Shown here piece after piece: positions 12,887 through 24,125 of a stretch of 63,841 nt of DNA. Both the position numbers and the translations under genes were made by a program. The notes below the pieces were generated by a model. That model was given only the letters and a program-made list of their open reading frames with translations, ran no database searches and was not told the DNA's origin. The stretch comes from Hydrolagus affinis (lineage: Eukaryota), in contig JAAILG010000767.1 in assembly GCA_012026655.1 (NCBI GenBank), positions 160 to 64,000 of the forward strand, given 5' to 3'. The first letter of the stretch is position 1, and each line of letters opens with the position of its first letter.

Positions 12887-13619
12887 ACAGACACCTCAAC
12901 TTCACAAATTTTAGAGCAGTTCCATGACTTTTTGTTACTGCTGACACATGGGCAATTAGCAGTGCAGCAATGTACTGAATATGCAATACATGAATAGGTG
13001 CACAGCTAGTATTTGTGCTGTCACTGGCTAAACCATTGTTACATCTGAATTTAGAAAAGTTTGCTATCAGTTCTATATCATAACTTCTAGTACCCTATCC
13101 CAGCCATAGTCTTTCCCAATATTTCATTGCTTGGAAAGATCTAATAACCTGAATTCCTACCAGAAATGATGCTTCAGGGAGCCGTAACATTTACTTAGTA
13201 CTCTCACACTATGACTTTATGTGCACTCGCTTTATTTCCCGTGTTGCCAAGTCTTTTCTTAATGTTTTGTTCCAAGAAAAATTAAAAATTCTTTATCACC
13301 ACTCTGGGGCCATCTACTTGAAGTTGGCAGAGGTTGACAGATTCTCCAGTCATCAGCAAATAGTCTAGTTTTCCATTCCTGGTGCCTCGTATCCTATGTT
13401 AACCACCACAAGACTACACTGGGTGCTACAGCAGAAAACGTGATTTTAAAGCTGACATACATTTCAACATTCTATCTGTGGATAAAAAGACAGTTCATTC
13501 CCCGAGCTGCATGATTTAGAAAAACAAAAGTGTAACAAATATCAAATGTAAGACACATTTGTTTCTCTCATGGCTACTAATTTCAGGGGAAATCAGAGTT
13601 TTCTGAGGAAAATAAATGT

Positions 13620-14110
13620 GAAACCATTTGTCAAAGTGTGCCTTGACTTTCAAAAGGCTTCTAATAAACCAGTACACAAAAGACTCCATTACAGATTAAT
13701 ATCAGCAGGTATCAAAGGTACACATAGACCAGTAACTAGCTGAAGGAAAGGAAACAGTAATTATAAGGATGAAGTAGGATGAACAAACTATTGAGTGTGA
13801 TATCTTCAGGGATCTATCCTGAAATTCTTCCTGTTTCTAGCATAATTACCCTGGATTCTTTCAACGACAACTTGCAGTTGTACAAGACAGGAAAATGTCT
13901 CAGAAGAGGTGTACGGTCCCAAGTAGGCTGAAAGATAAGCACATTGGACCCATCCAGGTGATTTATGTGCTCCATAAATGGAAAAGAAATTGTGAAGGAA
14001 GAAGCTGAAAGTCATTTAATGCCATTAGTTTATTTATCAATAGCCATTTCCAACCAATGCAAGACAACAATAACAAAGTGAATTGGATGCTGGGCTACAT
14101 TACTGAATCA
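13620..14110 (+). mobile_element. Highly degraded CR1 RT remnants
   Basis: cttgactttcaaaaggct (LDFQKA), cagggatctatcctg (QGSIL) and atgctgggctacatt (MLGYI) occur in the correct CR1 order. Confidence 0.6.
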
Positions 14111-15449
14111 GTAACTTCAAATTCCCAAACATTAAAGTTGTCTCGCTCTCGGTTCCTATTTTTGAGTTTTTTTTAAAAAAAGACCATATCCTGTTAATTG
14201 AAGGCTCAGAGTCAGAGGTCCCCACATCTGACTCAGTCAAATGAGACAGATGTGGGGATATGGGACAGATGTGGTGAACATTCTTCTGGGTTATCTTTAG
14301 GATCTGGAGAGAGTATTTGTACGGAAGTTTACACCAGGAGATGGAATGATTGAGCTGAAATCAGTAATAGGGTACATTTTCTTTGATCTTTGGAGGGCGG
14401 GTCTTTTTTTTATTCCCATGCTTTTAAAACAATATATTGTAATTTAGCCAATTAAAAAACTAAGAAATCATAGTTAATACTAAACAGCTTCATGTTTCTG
14501 AAAACACATTTCAAAATACGTTTTCAATGTGAAAATGTAATGCAAAATTCTGAATCTAATTGTCAGCCCTGTGGTATTGTGATGTGGAGGCACAATTATT
14601 AAGATATAACAAAGGCTAATGAGAGCCATTACAGCAGTACTTTAGACTGATGAAATGCTGCACTGGGAGATTTGGTGCAGTGCAATGAGAAGTGGCCTCA
14701 GATGAAACACTGCTCCAAATCTGATTCCCCTTTTGAAAACAGAACTAAATGTACAGGGTCAGGTCTTGACCTCCATAATATGACCTTGTTTTCAGTTTTC
14801 TTTCTTACAGAGAGAACATTTTGAGCGTCAGCAGACAATGTAATTTGAGCAAATTGTTGCTGATGAATACATATTTGAAGGAAAAAGTAGGGAACTTTAC
14901 CATGAATTCACAATATCGGATCTCTTTTTCCACCCCCTCCACCCTCAACGAAGCGGCTGTAACTGACACATCATTACGGTTTGAGATGAAACACATTTTT
15001 GTTTTGGTTGAAGGCTCACTAAATGTTTCATAGAAAGGGTGATAGACTGACTGGTGAAACATTACCAAGAAAAGCCATTGAAGTAGACTGTAAAGTGGGT
15101 TCATGAGGCAACTAGATGTGCTGCTGGAAAGGGAATGGATTCAGGGATAATGGTAAATATGGTAGGCAGGTAGCTGGAGATGAGAACTATCAAAATGCCA
15201 TTGTTGGACAGACAATAGAGATACTGTTCGACTGTTTGCAGCAATTATGCTTCACTCACTATGATTTATTTAGAAGTACTTTTGGTGGGATTGGGTGGAG
15301 AGAGAAAAGCTGTCACATTTATTAGCAATTGCAAAAATCAATGCTTGATTTCTATAGGTTGGGTGAGAAACAAGAAACAAATGTAACATTAATATACTGT
15401 AATAGCATTGCTTGAGATTTTTTGGAACAAGTTTCGATGGCAATAATCT

Positions 15450-15685
15450 GATTCCATGGCACCATTCAAAAAATAAGGGATTCTTTCCCAGTACCCAGGC
15501 CAACAATCTCCCCATATTAAAAATAGATTGGATCACTTATGGCTGGCTGTGGGACACTGCTATTCACAATGTTGCCTGCCAAGTTCACCTGTAAATAAAC
15601 TATTACAGCACACTGCAGAAAAACTCAATCGCTTTGAGGTGCTTCACCATGATCAAGTGCTGTATCAAATGCAAGAATTATTGAT
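15450..15685 (+). mobile_element. Old SacSINE1-like DeuSINE 3' half
   Basis: attccatggcaccattcaaa...ccaggccaaca...tgtgggacactgct...cgctttgagg...tcaaatgcaagaattatt. Confidence 0.6.
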
Positions 15686-17240
15686 TCAGATCATGACAGT
15701 TGAATTAATTCTATATTACACTATTCACAGGTTTATGACTCACAATCCACCTAATCATACTATAAACTATAGGTACTCCATACAAACAGACCGTAATGCG
15801 ATTACTGCTATGTCGAATAACTTATTTTGCTGTTTTGTTTACTAAATGTCATATCTGATGCAACACTGGAGGCCTGAGGACAGCTGCTGTAAGAGTTCTA
15901 ATGGGCAGGAAGGAAACCTACACCAGTGATTATTTATGAATGTTAAGACCTCTCCAGATTGTCGCTTAAAGGGAGAAACATGATAAGCTTAGTGTAGGCA
16001 GAATCCTGTTATTGGGAAGCCAGGGCCTTCCAGATGTGATCCCTGCACTAACAATCTACTGCAGAGTTCAGATTAACTTTCTAAGGGTTAGGGTTTTTGT
16101 AGTTTGTCACAGAGCCTGTTTGTGACCTGTTAGACAGTACTGCTACATTGATCAGCAGTGTTTTTCTTCCCTCAACCGTTCTACTTTGCAGAATATGATA
16201 TTAGCAAAATAGAGTTTAAAAACACTGGTGACTAGATTCACTGAAATGTCTGGATTGGGTAATCTAATTACCAAAAAAATCAAACTAATAAAAGCTTTTA
16301 GGCTCCAAGAAGTAATTGTCTGGCCTTAGGCACTGAAGTTACTTATTGTATCAGGGCTTTTACTTTTAAATTTGGCCAACTGACCTGTATACTCACCTCT
16401 TGTTGACACATCAGGCAGTAGGATTCTATGGTTAGTGTGTTCGGTGAACACTTGTGCTGGTGTATTCCCATCTGTGAAATTAACTTTTTTTTTAGAACTT
16501 TGAACTTTTTTGTTAGATCCAAGACTTAAAAAATTAAAGATAAACAGAATTTAAAAAAATATATGAATCAGCCAAATAATAATAGTTCTTATCCCCCAGC
16601 TCCTGGATGCGATAGCTTCTGAATGCTTCTTAAATGCATGCATTTACACAGGCTCATGTATGCACGTTATTTATATTAATTAATTATTTTTGTTTCCGTT
16701 GACTTGAAATTGGAATTGCAAATGAACAGGATTGTTTTTCGCAGTGATAATTTATGCTGGAACGTAGAGGTTTTGCATTGTTATATGTGATGTACATAAC
16801 TTCTGTTCTACAATTGGCGTCATTGTTGACATTGAAAGGAACTGATCCAAATGTAATAAAAGAAAAAGTGTGAATTCCACCAGCACAAATCAATATAAAA
16901 TGTAGCCTTAAAAAAAATGATTCCTGTGTGACATAAGCCTTTTGTTTATTTATTTGACTTGCAGTGACATAATCACCACCATTTTTCATTTAAGTTATCT
17001 TCAGGGAATTCAATCCACACAAAATCGATCAATGTTAGTAACAACTTTAATAAAAGATTTTAGAACTGTCCATTTTTAAAACCATATTTGAGCAGTAGAT
17101 TGAACTCCAGCTAGCGCACAAGTATTTTTTCAGAAAGCACAGTTGCTTCTTGGTGATAGAATTAACTGAACTAAGACTTAATTGACTCATGCATCGACTA
17201 CACAGCATTACGCCCACGTGTGTGAATGCTTTTAAATTAT

Positions 17241-17622
17241 GGAGTCCTGTAGCTTAGTGGTTAGAGCAGTTGTCTTATAAGCGAGAGGACCTAGGTTCAA
17301 ATCTCAGGCCAGGCGAAGCGTTGGGCAAGTTTCCTACCTCCACACGCCTCTGTTTACAAAGCAACAAGTAGCAACTCTGTTGTTTGTTGATTGGCGGATC
17401 GCTTTTCTGGGGTGATATTCCCATCAAAATTTTAAATAATAATAATTTGATCACTCAATCGACAATTGTTTGTTGGACGCTGTTGTCTGCAATTAGCGGC
17501 TGTGTTTCACCCAAACAATAAACAGTGAATTCACTTTAAAATATATTCTGTGAAGTGCTTTGGGACATATCAAAGACATGATAAGGCACTACAGTACATC
17601 AAATACAAGGTTTATTATTATT
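17241..17622 (+). mobile_element. Deu-SINE, full-length long-form variant
   Basis: Intact head ggagtcctgtagcttagtggttagagc, an extra internal segment, the core and the tail. Confidence 0.88.
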
Positions 17623-17971
17623 AAGAGACTATTGATGGTCTATAGTTTTGACTCCAGTGTGGCATTACATTTACCTGAGATTGAAATGATTAATGTAAGC
17701 GAAAAGTGAGTCAAAATGAGATCCCTTTCCCTGGACTGAATTTGTAATCAGTGAATGAAGACTGTAGTCAACTCAAACTCTTGTTTTAAACAACTGCCCC
17801 ATTTTCTCTGTGCACACACAGTTATTCTAACAACTGGACGGAATGCACAAAGCACATTTTTGACAAGATGCCAGCCAAAGTGGAGTCACTTTAAGAGACA
17901 TTACTCTCTCATGGAATAAAGCTGTGCAACCACAAAGCACTTATTTGATTTCTACAATTATCTTTTTTTAG

Positions 17972-18071
17972 GTCACACACAGATTCTAACCTATGTCGAA
18001 GATGCGTTGATACAGTTGCTAGAACACACGGAGTACAGCAGAGCTTGGATTCCTAGATTCTTTGCTGAATA
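17972..18071 (+). CDS. CSTPP1: CSTPP1/C11orf49 internal coding exon (N-terminal dimerization/docking-like region)
   Basis: Acceptor tctttttttag|GT and donor TA|gtaagt; 100 nt, phase 1-2. Encodes HTQILTYVEDALIQLLEHTEYSRAWIPRFFAEY, matching the recalled human QRHVLTYMEDAVCQLLE...IARFFTEY. Confidence 0.92.
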
Positions 18072-19727
18072 GTAAGTAATGTCCCTAATAAATTTTTTAT
18101 AAGCACTTTTTCATTGCCACTGTAAAATACTGTGCTCATAGTTCTATTAGTTTTGGGAATACCCATAAAAGAATTTCACAAATTAGATCAACTGTTGATG
18201 AGGTGAATCATTTTTGAAGTATGTTTTTTTTCATCATTTAATCAATCAATATCAAATATTATAAAAGACCTCACTGATGATACAATTCTGATACAGGGTC
18301 ATTAGAAACTGATTTTTCTGTTGCACGATTCAAGTGTGACAACTAGATTATCAACCGGAAGATAGTACGCAAGGAACTACCTGAAAGTATTTAACCGTGC
18401 TGGAAAGCGAGAGCCCTTTTGCGGATTAGTGGTGAGGAAAGGAACAGGGAAAAGGGGGATTTAAAAAGTTGTCAAATTGTTTTTGCAAAAAGTTGTTTTC
18501 ATATTGCAAAATTAATGGAAGAAGAAAAGTTATCTTTGAAGTTGCAAATTACAACTTTGTTAATGTCCACCGAACTCTGGGAATAATGCATACAGGAAAA
18601 TACACGTAATCAGGGAAGCACATTGTTGACCTGTTGGAGGTAGGCTGAGCATTCATTCCACCTACAGTCAGTAAAAATAATCCCATTGCCTCTGGTGACC
18701 ATGTTGCTTTTTGAGTTGCAGGGTGGAAACATTTCATTTAGTTAGTTGTCAGCACCTCTCTAGTTTAGGGCTATCTCATTTATCTTACAATGCTGCTACT
18801 GCAATCACATTTACTGCTGGCAGCAGGGCTGTAAGGCAAATGTGGTCTAAAACTAAGTACAGTACAGTACTTGATTAGTTTGGGAGTGTTACAATGTGAT
18901 CATGCAGCTCTGATTTTTGGTACAAGGTATCATATGTGACTAGTGGATTCTCTTTTTTTTCAAATAAAGCTATGACTAGATAACCAGGTGAAAACAGCTG
19001 GCAGACACTTGGGATGGGAATCCCAAAAATGTCCTGTTTAAATGTACTGTTTATTGAAGTCACTTGAACATGAATGCAAACTGTAAGGAAGAATGAGCTT
19101 CAGTTTATATACATCTATGAGTAAGTATACAGGAACCCTAACAAGCACAATGATAAATGTCAGTTTACCACTCTGTTTATTAAACATTCAATGTCCTTGG
19201 CTAAACAACTTTATAGAAGGGACATGCCTTTGAAAGGAAATGAGCTGATAACCTCTAATTTATAATAGAATTAATGGACCCTTTAAGCTGCATACAGCTG
19301 TTGAGTGGTATATTATTGTGCCCAGTGACCTGAATAAGATGCAGGACACAGGGGCTGTTTAACAGAATAAAGTATACCCACAGAGAGCATTTGATCTTGT
19401 ACTCTTAAAATTATATTAACTCTTTTTTTCGGGTAATGTTGATAGGTGGAATGGAGTGCTTTAGATTGTAATTAAGTGAAATAAGATTGAAATTAAGGCT
19501 CTCACCTTCAAATGAGTCCTGATATCTGGGTTGTGTTCATACTCGTTTTGTTCTGTAAATACTTTATTAAAAAGAACACAATTTTAAGAGGGATTAAGGA
19601 TATCAAGAATGCAAACAGCTCCGTGTAATGACCATAAGGGCTAGTGAATTGATGAACATAGGAAGCAATGCAATAATAATTGATCTTGCAGAAGTTACAG
19701 AAAGAACAGTTTTGATAGGCTAGGAAA

Positions 19728-19832
19728 TTGCCCACACTATACAGTCATTGCACTTTACAGTAAATCCCGTGAAGTGCTTTGGGGCATCCTACTGATGTCA
19801 AAGGAGCTCTACCGAATGCAAGGATTATTATT
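19728..19832 (+). mobile_element. Deu-SINE tail fragment
   Basis: cactttacagtaaatcccgtgaagtgctttgggg...aatgcaaggattattatt. Confidence 0.7.
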
Positions 19833-22800
19833 CATTTAAAATTTGAAAGTGAAAACCTCTATTATTTAAAGAGGTGACAAGATGAGGTTAAAACATGTTT
19901 CAAAATGCTGGTTTGCTTCTTAAGTCACAATTTTTAGAAACTGTGGTGCATATCATCCAATAATGAGGTCTCAGAAGGAAGAAGTTCTTGGCATCTCTCA
20001 GTGTTCTTTGTTTTGCTCAGTAAATGTAGCCCTGTATGCTTTAGGAAGTAATCCTGATTAAGAGGAAACAATTTCATGGACCAACAGATCTTGCCATTGT
20101 TCCAGGAGCCAGGAGGTGAAAGGTTAAACAGTAGTAATTAGGCTGCCCAAGTTGGAAAGGGTAAGTTTTTATAGCATTGCATGCTACTCCTCCGACGAAA
20201 GGAAAAAGGGTGTAGAAGTTGAATTTATTATTATACTAACATGCTGGATCAAATATTGTAAATAAATATAGCAAGCTAGCTTCTTTAATATACAGTATAT
20301 TGATTAGGTTTCCTCAATTTAAAATATGCTTTTTATTTGAAATAATAATAGTTCTTAATCCACTGGGTAACATGAGATGATGATTAATACAATGTCTTCT
20401 ATGGATCAAATGTTAATAACTTATCCAACAACAAATCATGTAATCTACCTGTGAATCTTGGCATAATCCTTATAAATTAATTTAACCACATACTGGTTCA
20501 TAGTAACTGCACTTCATGATAACTTAGCAATTAGAATCTGAGGTTGATGATGTTTGATTACTTGGAAATTATACTTCTCTTTGCAAAATGTTATCGCCCA
20601 AGGCTGCATTAAACTGAACTTGTACTGTAGCCATTTACATTGATTTGATGTCAAGACCTACTTCTGGAGGTGGTTACAGAAATTATGGTACAAAATTAAG
20701 TTGTCCTTTCCAATTGTATAATCAGGCTATTAGGGGCCACACCCAATGGTTCTTGCTCAAAATACTTGTTTATATTAAAATATGATTACATTTTTTTTAA
20801 AGTACCAATAACTAGGATTTTAAGAATCAAGGAACCATTTATCTGGAAACTGCCCGATTAATGCCTAATACACTGTTAGTGAATGTAAAATATTCAGATG
20901 CACAATATGATTTTTCATTTCAATGCTTTTACCTTTGTAGAAATATTTATGTGAAGATCAGTGCAATTTTAACTGATCAGTAAGGCATTGTAAGCTTCTA
21001 GGAACATTCAGTTAAACCTTTGTACCCTTCAGCTACATAAATTTCAGCTAAATGTTCTGAATGCTCCACTATGAAGTAATATATAATATCTGAATCATAT
21101 TAGCATGGATGAACTGGATTATTACTTGATAAATCTGCAATGGTAATGTCATAATTAATCCTTTAATATGACAGTCATCAAACTTCAACTGGAGGATTGA
21201 TGAATAAAGCAGGAAAAAAGCGTGGATAAATTGTGAATTGTGTCTGGGTTGTATTACAACTCAACTCCTGGGGGGCAATATGTAGACGGGTCAAATTTAA
21301 TTGTGGGGCAGCGGAATTATCAGCATCAGAATTTGTGACATCATCTGCATCCCTCAATGAGATTACCAGCTTGCAATTGCATGTCTCCACTTTGCGCTAT
21401 TTGGAATTGGCGCGTTTTATATCGATTATAGCAATCGAGTAGCGTCCCAAGAATATGGAGGACTGCATCCATTTTTTTCTCCCTTACATTTAGAGGCCTG
21501 ATTCTCCTTGCTTTCTGTTAATAAACATGGCATTTGTTTCTGCACACAAGCCTTGTTTAGGAGTACCATACAGCTCCATGCAGACAGTTCACATTTCAGC
21601 TGCCAGTTGCCTCTACGCAGGTGCATAATTTGGTAGTTATGTCATGCGCATTCCACAGATAGGACATAAGCAGCTGTGACATCGTTTCTGTCCACAGAAT
21701 TACAAACCTTTTTGGTGGGACTCAGTACAGCGAAGGCAATCTCCATTACCTGAATGCAAATGTGCCCACTGCGAGGCACTTTAATACATAATATTCTGTT
21801 GATTTATCAAGAATTTTCATATTGCACATTGCCATTTCAATAATGCATTCCTTGCAACTTCTGTTAGGCATATAATTAACAGGTTGAAATCTTCATACAG
21901 GAAGCAAAATTTCTTGCACGGCTTAGTCTCACTTCAGGTCCCTGTAGAGTGCTTACATGGTGAGAATCAATTTGAATCAAAACAGCAGTAAACTCACAAC
22001 AAATTGGAATTTACAGCTGCCTGGAATATAGGGCTCTATTTGTGTTCTGCTGAATTAGCAGCTGGCAAAACCATAAGCTTTACAAAATCTAACTGTGTAC
22101 TGGGCAAATACATCAAAAACGCAGCAGATTCTCTCTGGATCATTGCCTTTGGGATCTAGGAAAATATGTGTCACAGTGAGGAGTTGAGGTGTGGAGAGAA
22201 TGCTTCACATAGTTTAGGTATTAATGTGAAGGCCTTAAATAATGTGTGTTTATCTGTATTTGTACTAAAGGATTATTGTAAAGAAGTAGCAGAATCCATC
22301 AGCATCCTCAATAGCTGTTTCATGGAGAGAGAAAAAACATGCTTTGAGAAAGAGGATCCAGCAGAGAAAATCCTATTTTGGTGATAATTCCTCCCATAGG
22401 TGAAGAAAGGGATTTGGGAAGTGATAATTGTCTTCAAATGCTTTGTGTTCCCTTGCCTTTTTTTGAGTGTTAATGTGATCTCCGGAAAAGCTTGAACTGT
22501 TTCTAATTGTGACAGCTACTTTATGACACCGCTAACTGAAAATATGCACAGTTACCCACACTTAGTCACATGAAACTCGCTCTCAAGCCTCCGCAGGCTC
22601 CACTCTGTAACTTGCTCGAGATAGGATTCATTCGTCTTTTTTTACATGCAAGGCTGGACAGGCTCGCAATTTCAAAAACAACATTGTTAACTTTCAGAAT
22701 AGACTAATAGATCCAATTATCGCGGCAAGCATATCAGCAGCAGTCGGGCACATTAATCACCTTGGTGTCCTGTTAATTCCTTAAGTGGTGGTAGTGGGGG

Positions 22801-23432
22801 AGAAACAATTTTAGAGAGGAGACTGACTCCTGAAATAAGCAGTGCATTCCCCATTTGTGTTCATGACTGCTACCAGCAGCAGGACTGCAAGCTAAACCTG
22901 GCATGTACATTTAGCTGATTATTGCCAGTTGCAGCAGGTGTGAATGTTTATTCTGCTTTCTTTGTTGACGAGGCAAGACTTTTTGATTGTGTTAAAGTAA
23001 TATTGCATTAAGGAAAATCCCCCATAAAGATATTTTCCCTCCTTATCCATTACTGCCAATAGATAGCGTGGGAAAATATTGTTCCAAAACAATAACTTTC
23101 CCCATGAAACTTTTAACTTTAACGTAACATATGGGACCTACTTTGTCCTGCAAGAGGATGCTCGGTGAAAGTATTTTACAGAGGAGAGTCAGCGTGGCTG
23201 CGTTCAATTTAATGGGACGGGAGCTTTGGTTTAAATCTTATCTGATCTGGACCCACACATGGGAACCTTTATTATTGGTTTAGTATTTATTATCTACTCG
23301 CTGGTACTGATTGGGTATTTTGTTCATTATGCTACTTGCTGGATACTGTAAATTTTCCCTGAGATGGTGGCATGGGGAACAACAATACAACTAGATTAGT
23401 TCCCAGTTCAGTTCAAACCTACTTTGTCTGTT

Positions 23433-23530
23433 AACAAAAACAGAAATCACTGGGAACACTCAACAGGTTAGGCAGCATCTATGGAGAAAGGAAAGTAAGT
23501 CGACGTTTCGGGTCCATTACCCTTTGTCAG
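23433..23530 (-). mobile_element. Penelope-like element terminal fragment
   Basis: The reverse complement reads ctgacaaagggtaatggacccgaaacgtcgac...ctccatagatgctgcc...gagtgttcccag...ttctgtttttg; the same sequence recurs at 44609-44805. Confidence 0.7.
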
Positions 23531-24025
23531 CAATCAAATCTTTCCAACAAGGTCAACAGCAAATAACCACAGTCAAGCCATCTTCTTCAATAACTGAAAT
23601 CCTATTACAAACTTCAAAAGCACCATAATGATGGATTTTGGAATATGATTTTGTACAATGATATTGGTAAAAAAAACACAGGAAAAACACTGGAGAACAA
23701 TAACTCCACTCCGAACACATCTGCTACTTTTTAAGTTTTAACTATTTCAAGAAAAGGTTGTAAACATACTGTCTAAATAACATATTCATTCTGTTCACGA
23801 AGACCAATAAATCACTCTTTGAATCAATTTACAATTGTGTAACATACACAGAACCTTTATTTACACTTTGTGATTCATTGTTTAATTCTTGAGTTAACAC
23901 CCCCTCTCCTGTCAGCATCATGAATGATTTTCACAGAATTATTTACATTCCTTATGTAGGTGTGATGGCATGTGTTATTTTCTCTTTTTTTTCTCACCTC
24001 TTTTATGTTGCTGAAGGCGTTTCAC

Positions 24026-24125
24026 NNNNNNNNNNNNNNNNNNNNNNNNNNNNNNNNNNNNNNNNNNNNNNNNNNNNNNNNNNNNNNNNNNNNNNNNNNN
24101 NNNNNNNNNNNNNNNNNNNNNNNNN
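24026..24125. other. Assembly gap (100 N) followed by a C19 run
   Basis: Ns are visible in the sequence; poly-C at 24126-24144. Confidence 0.99.
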
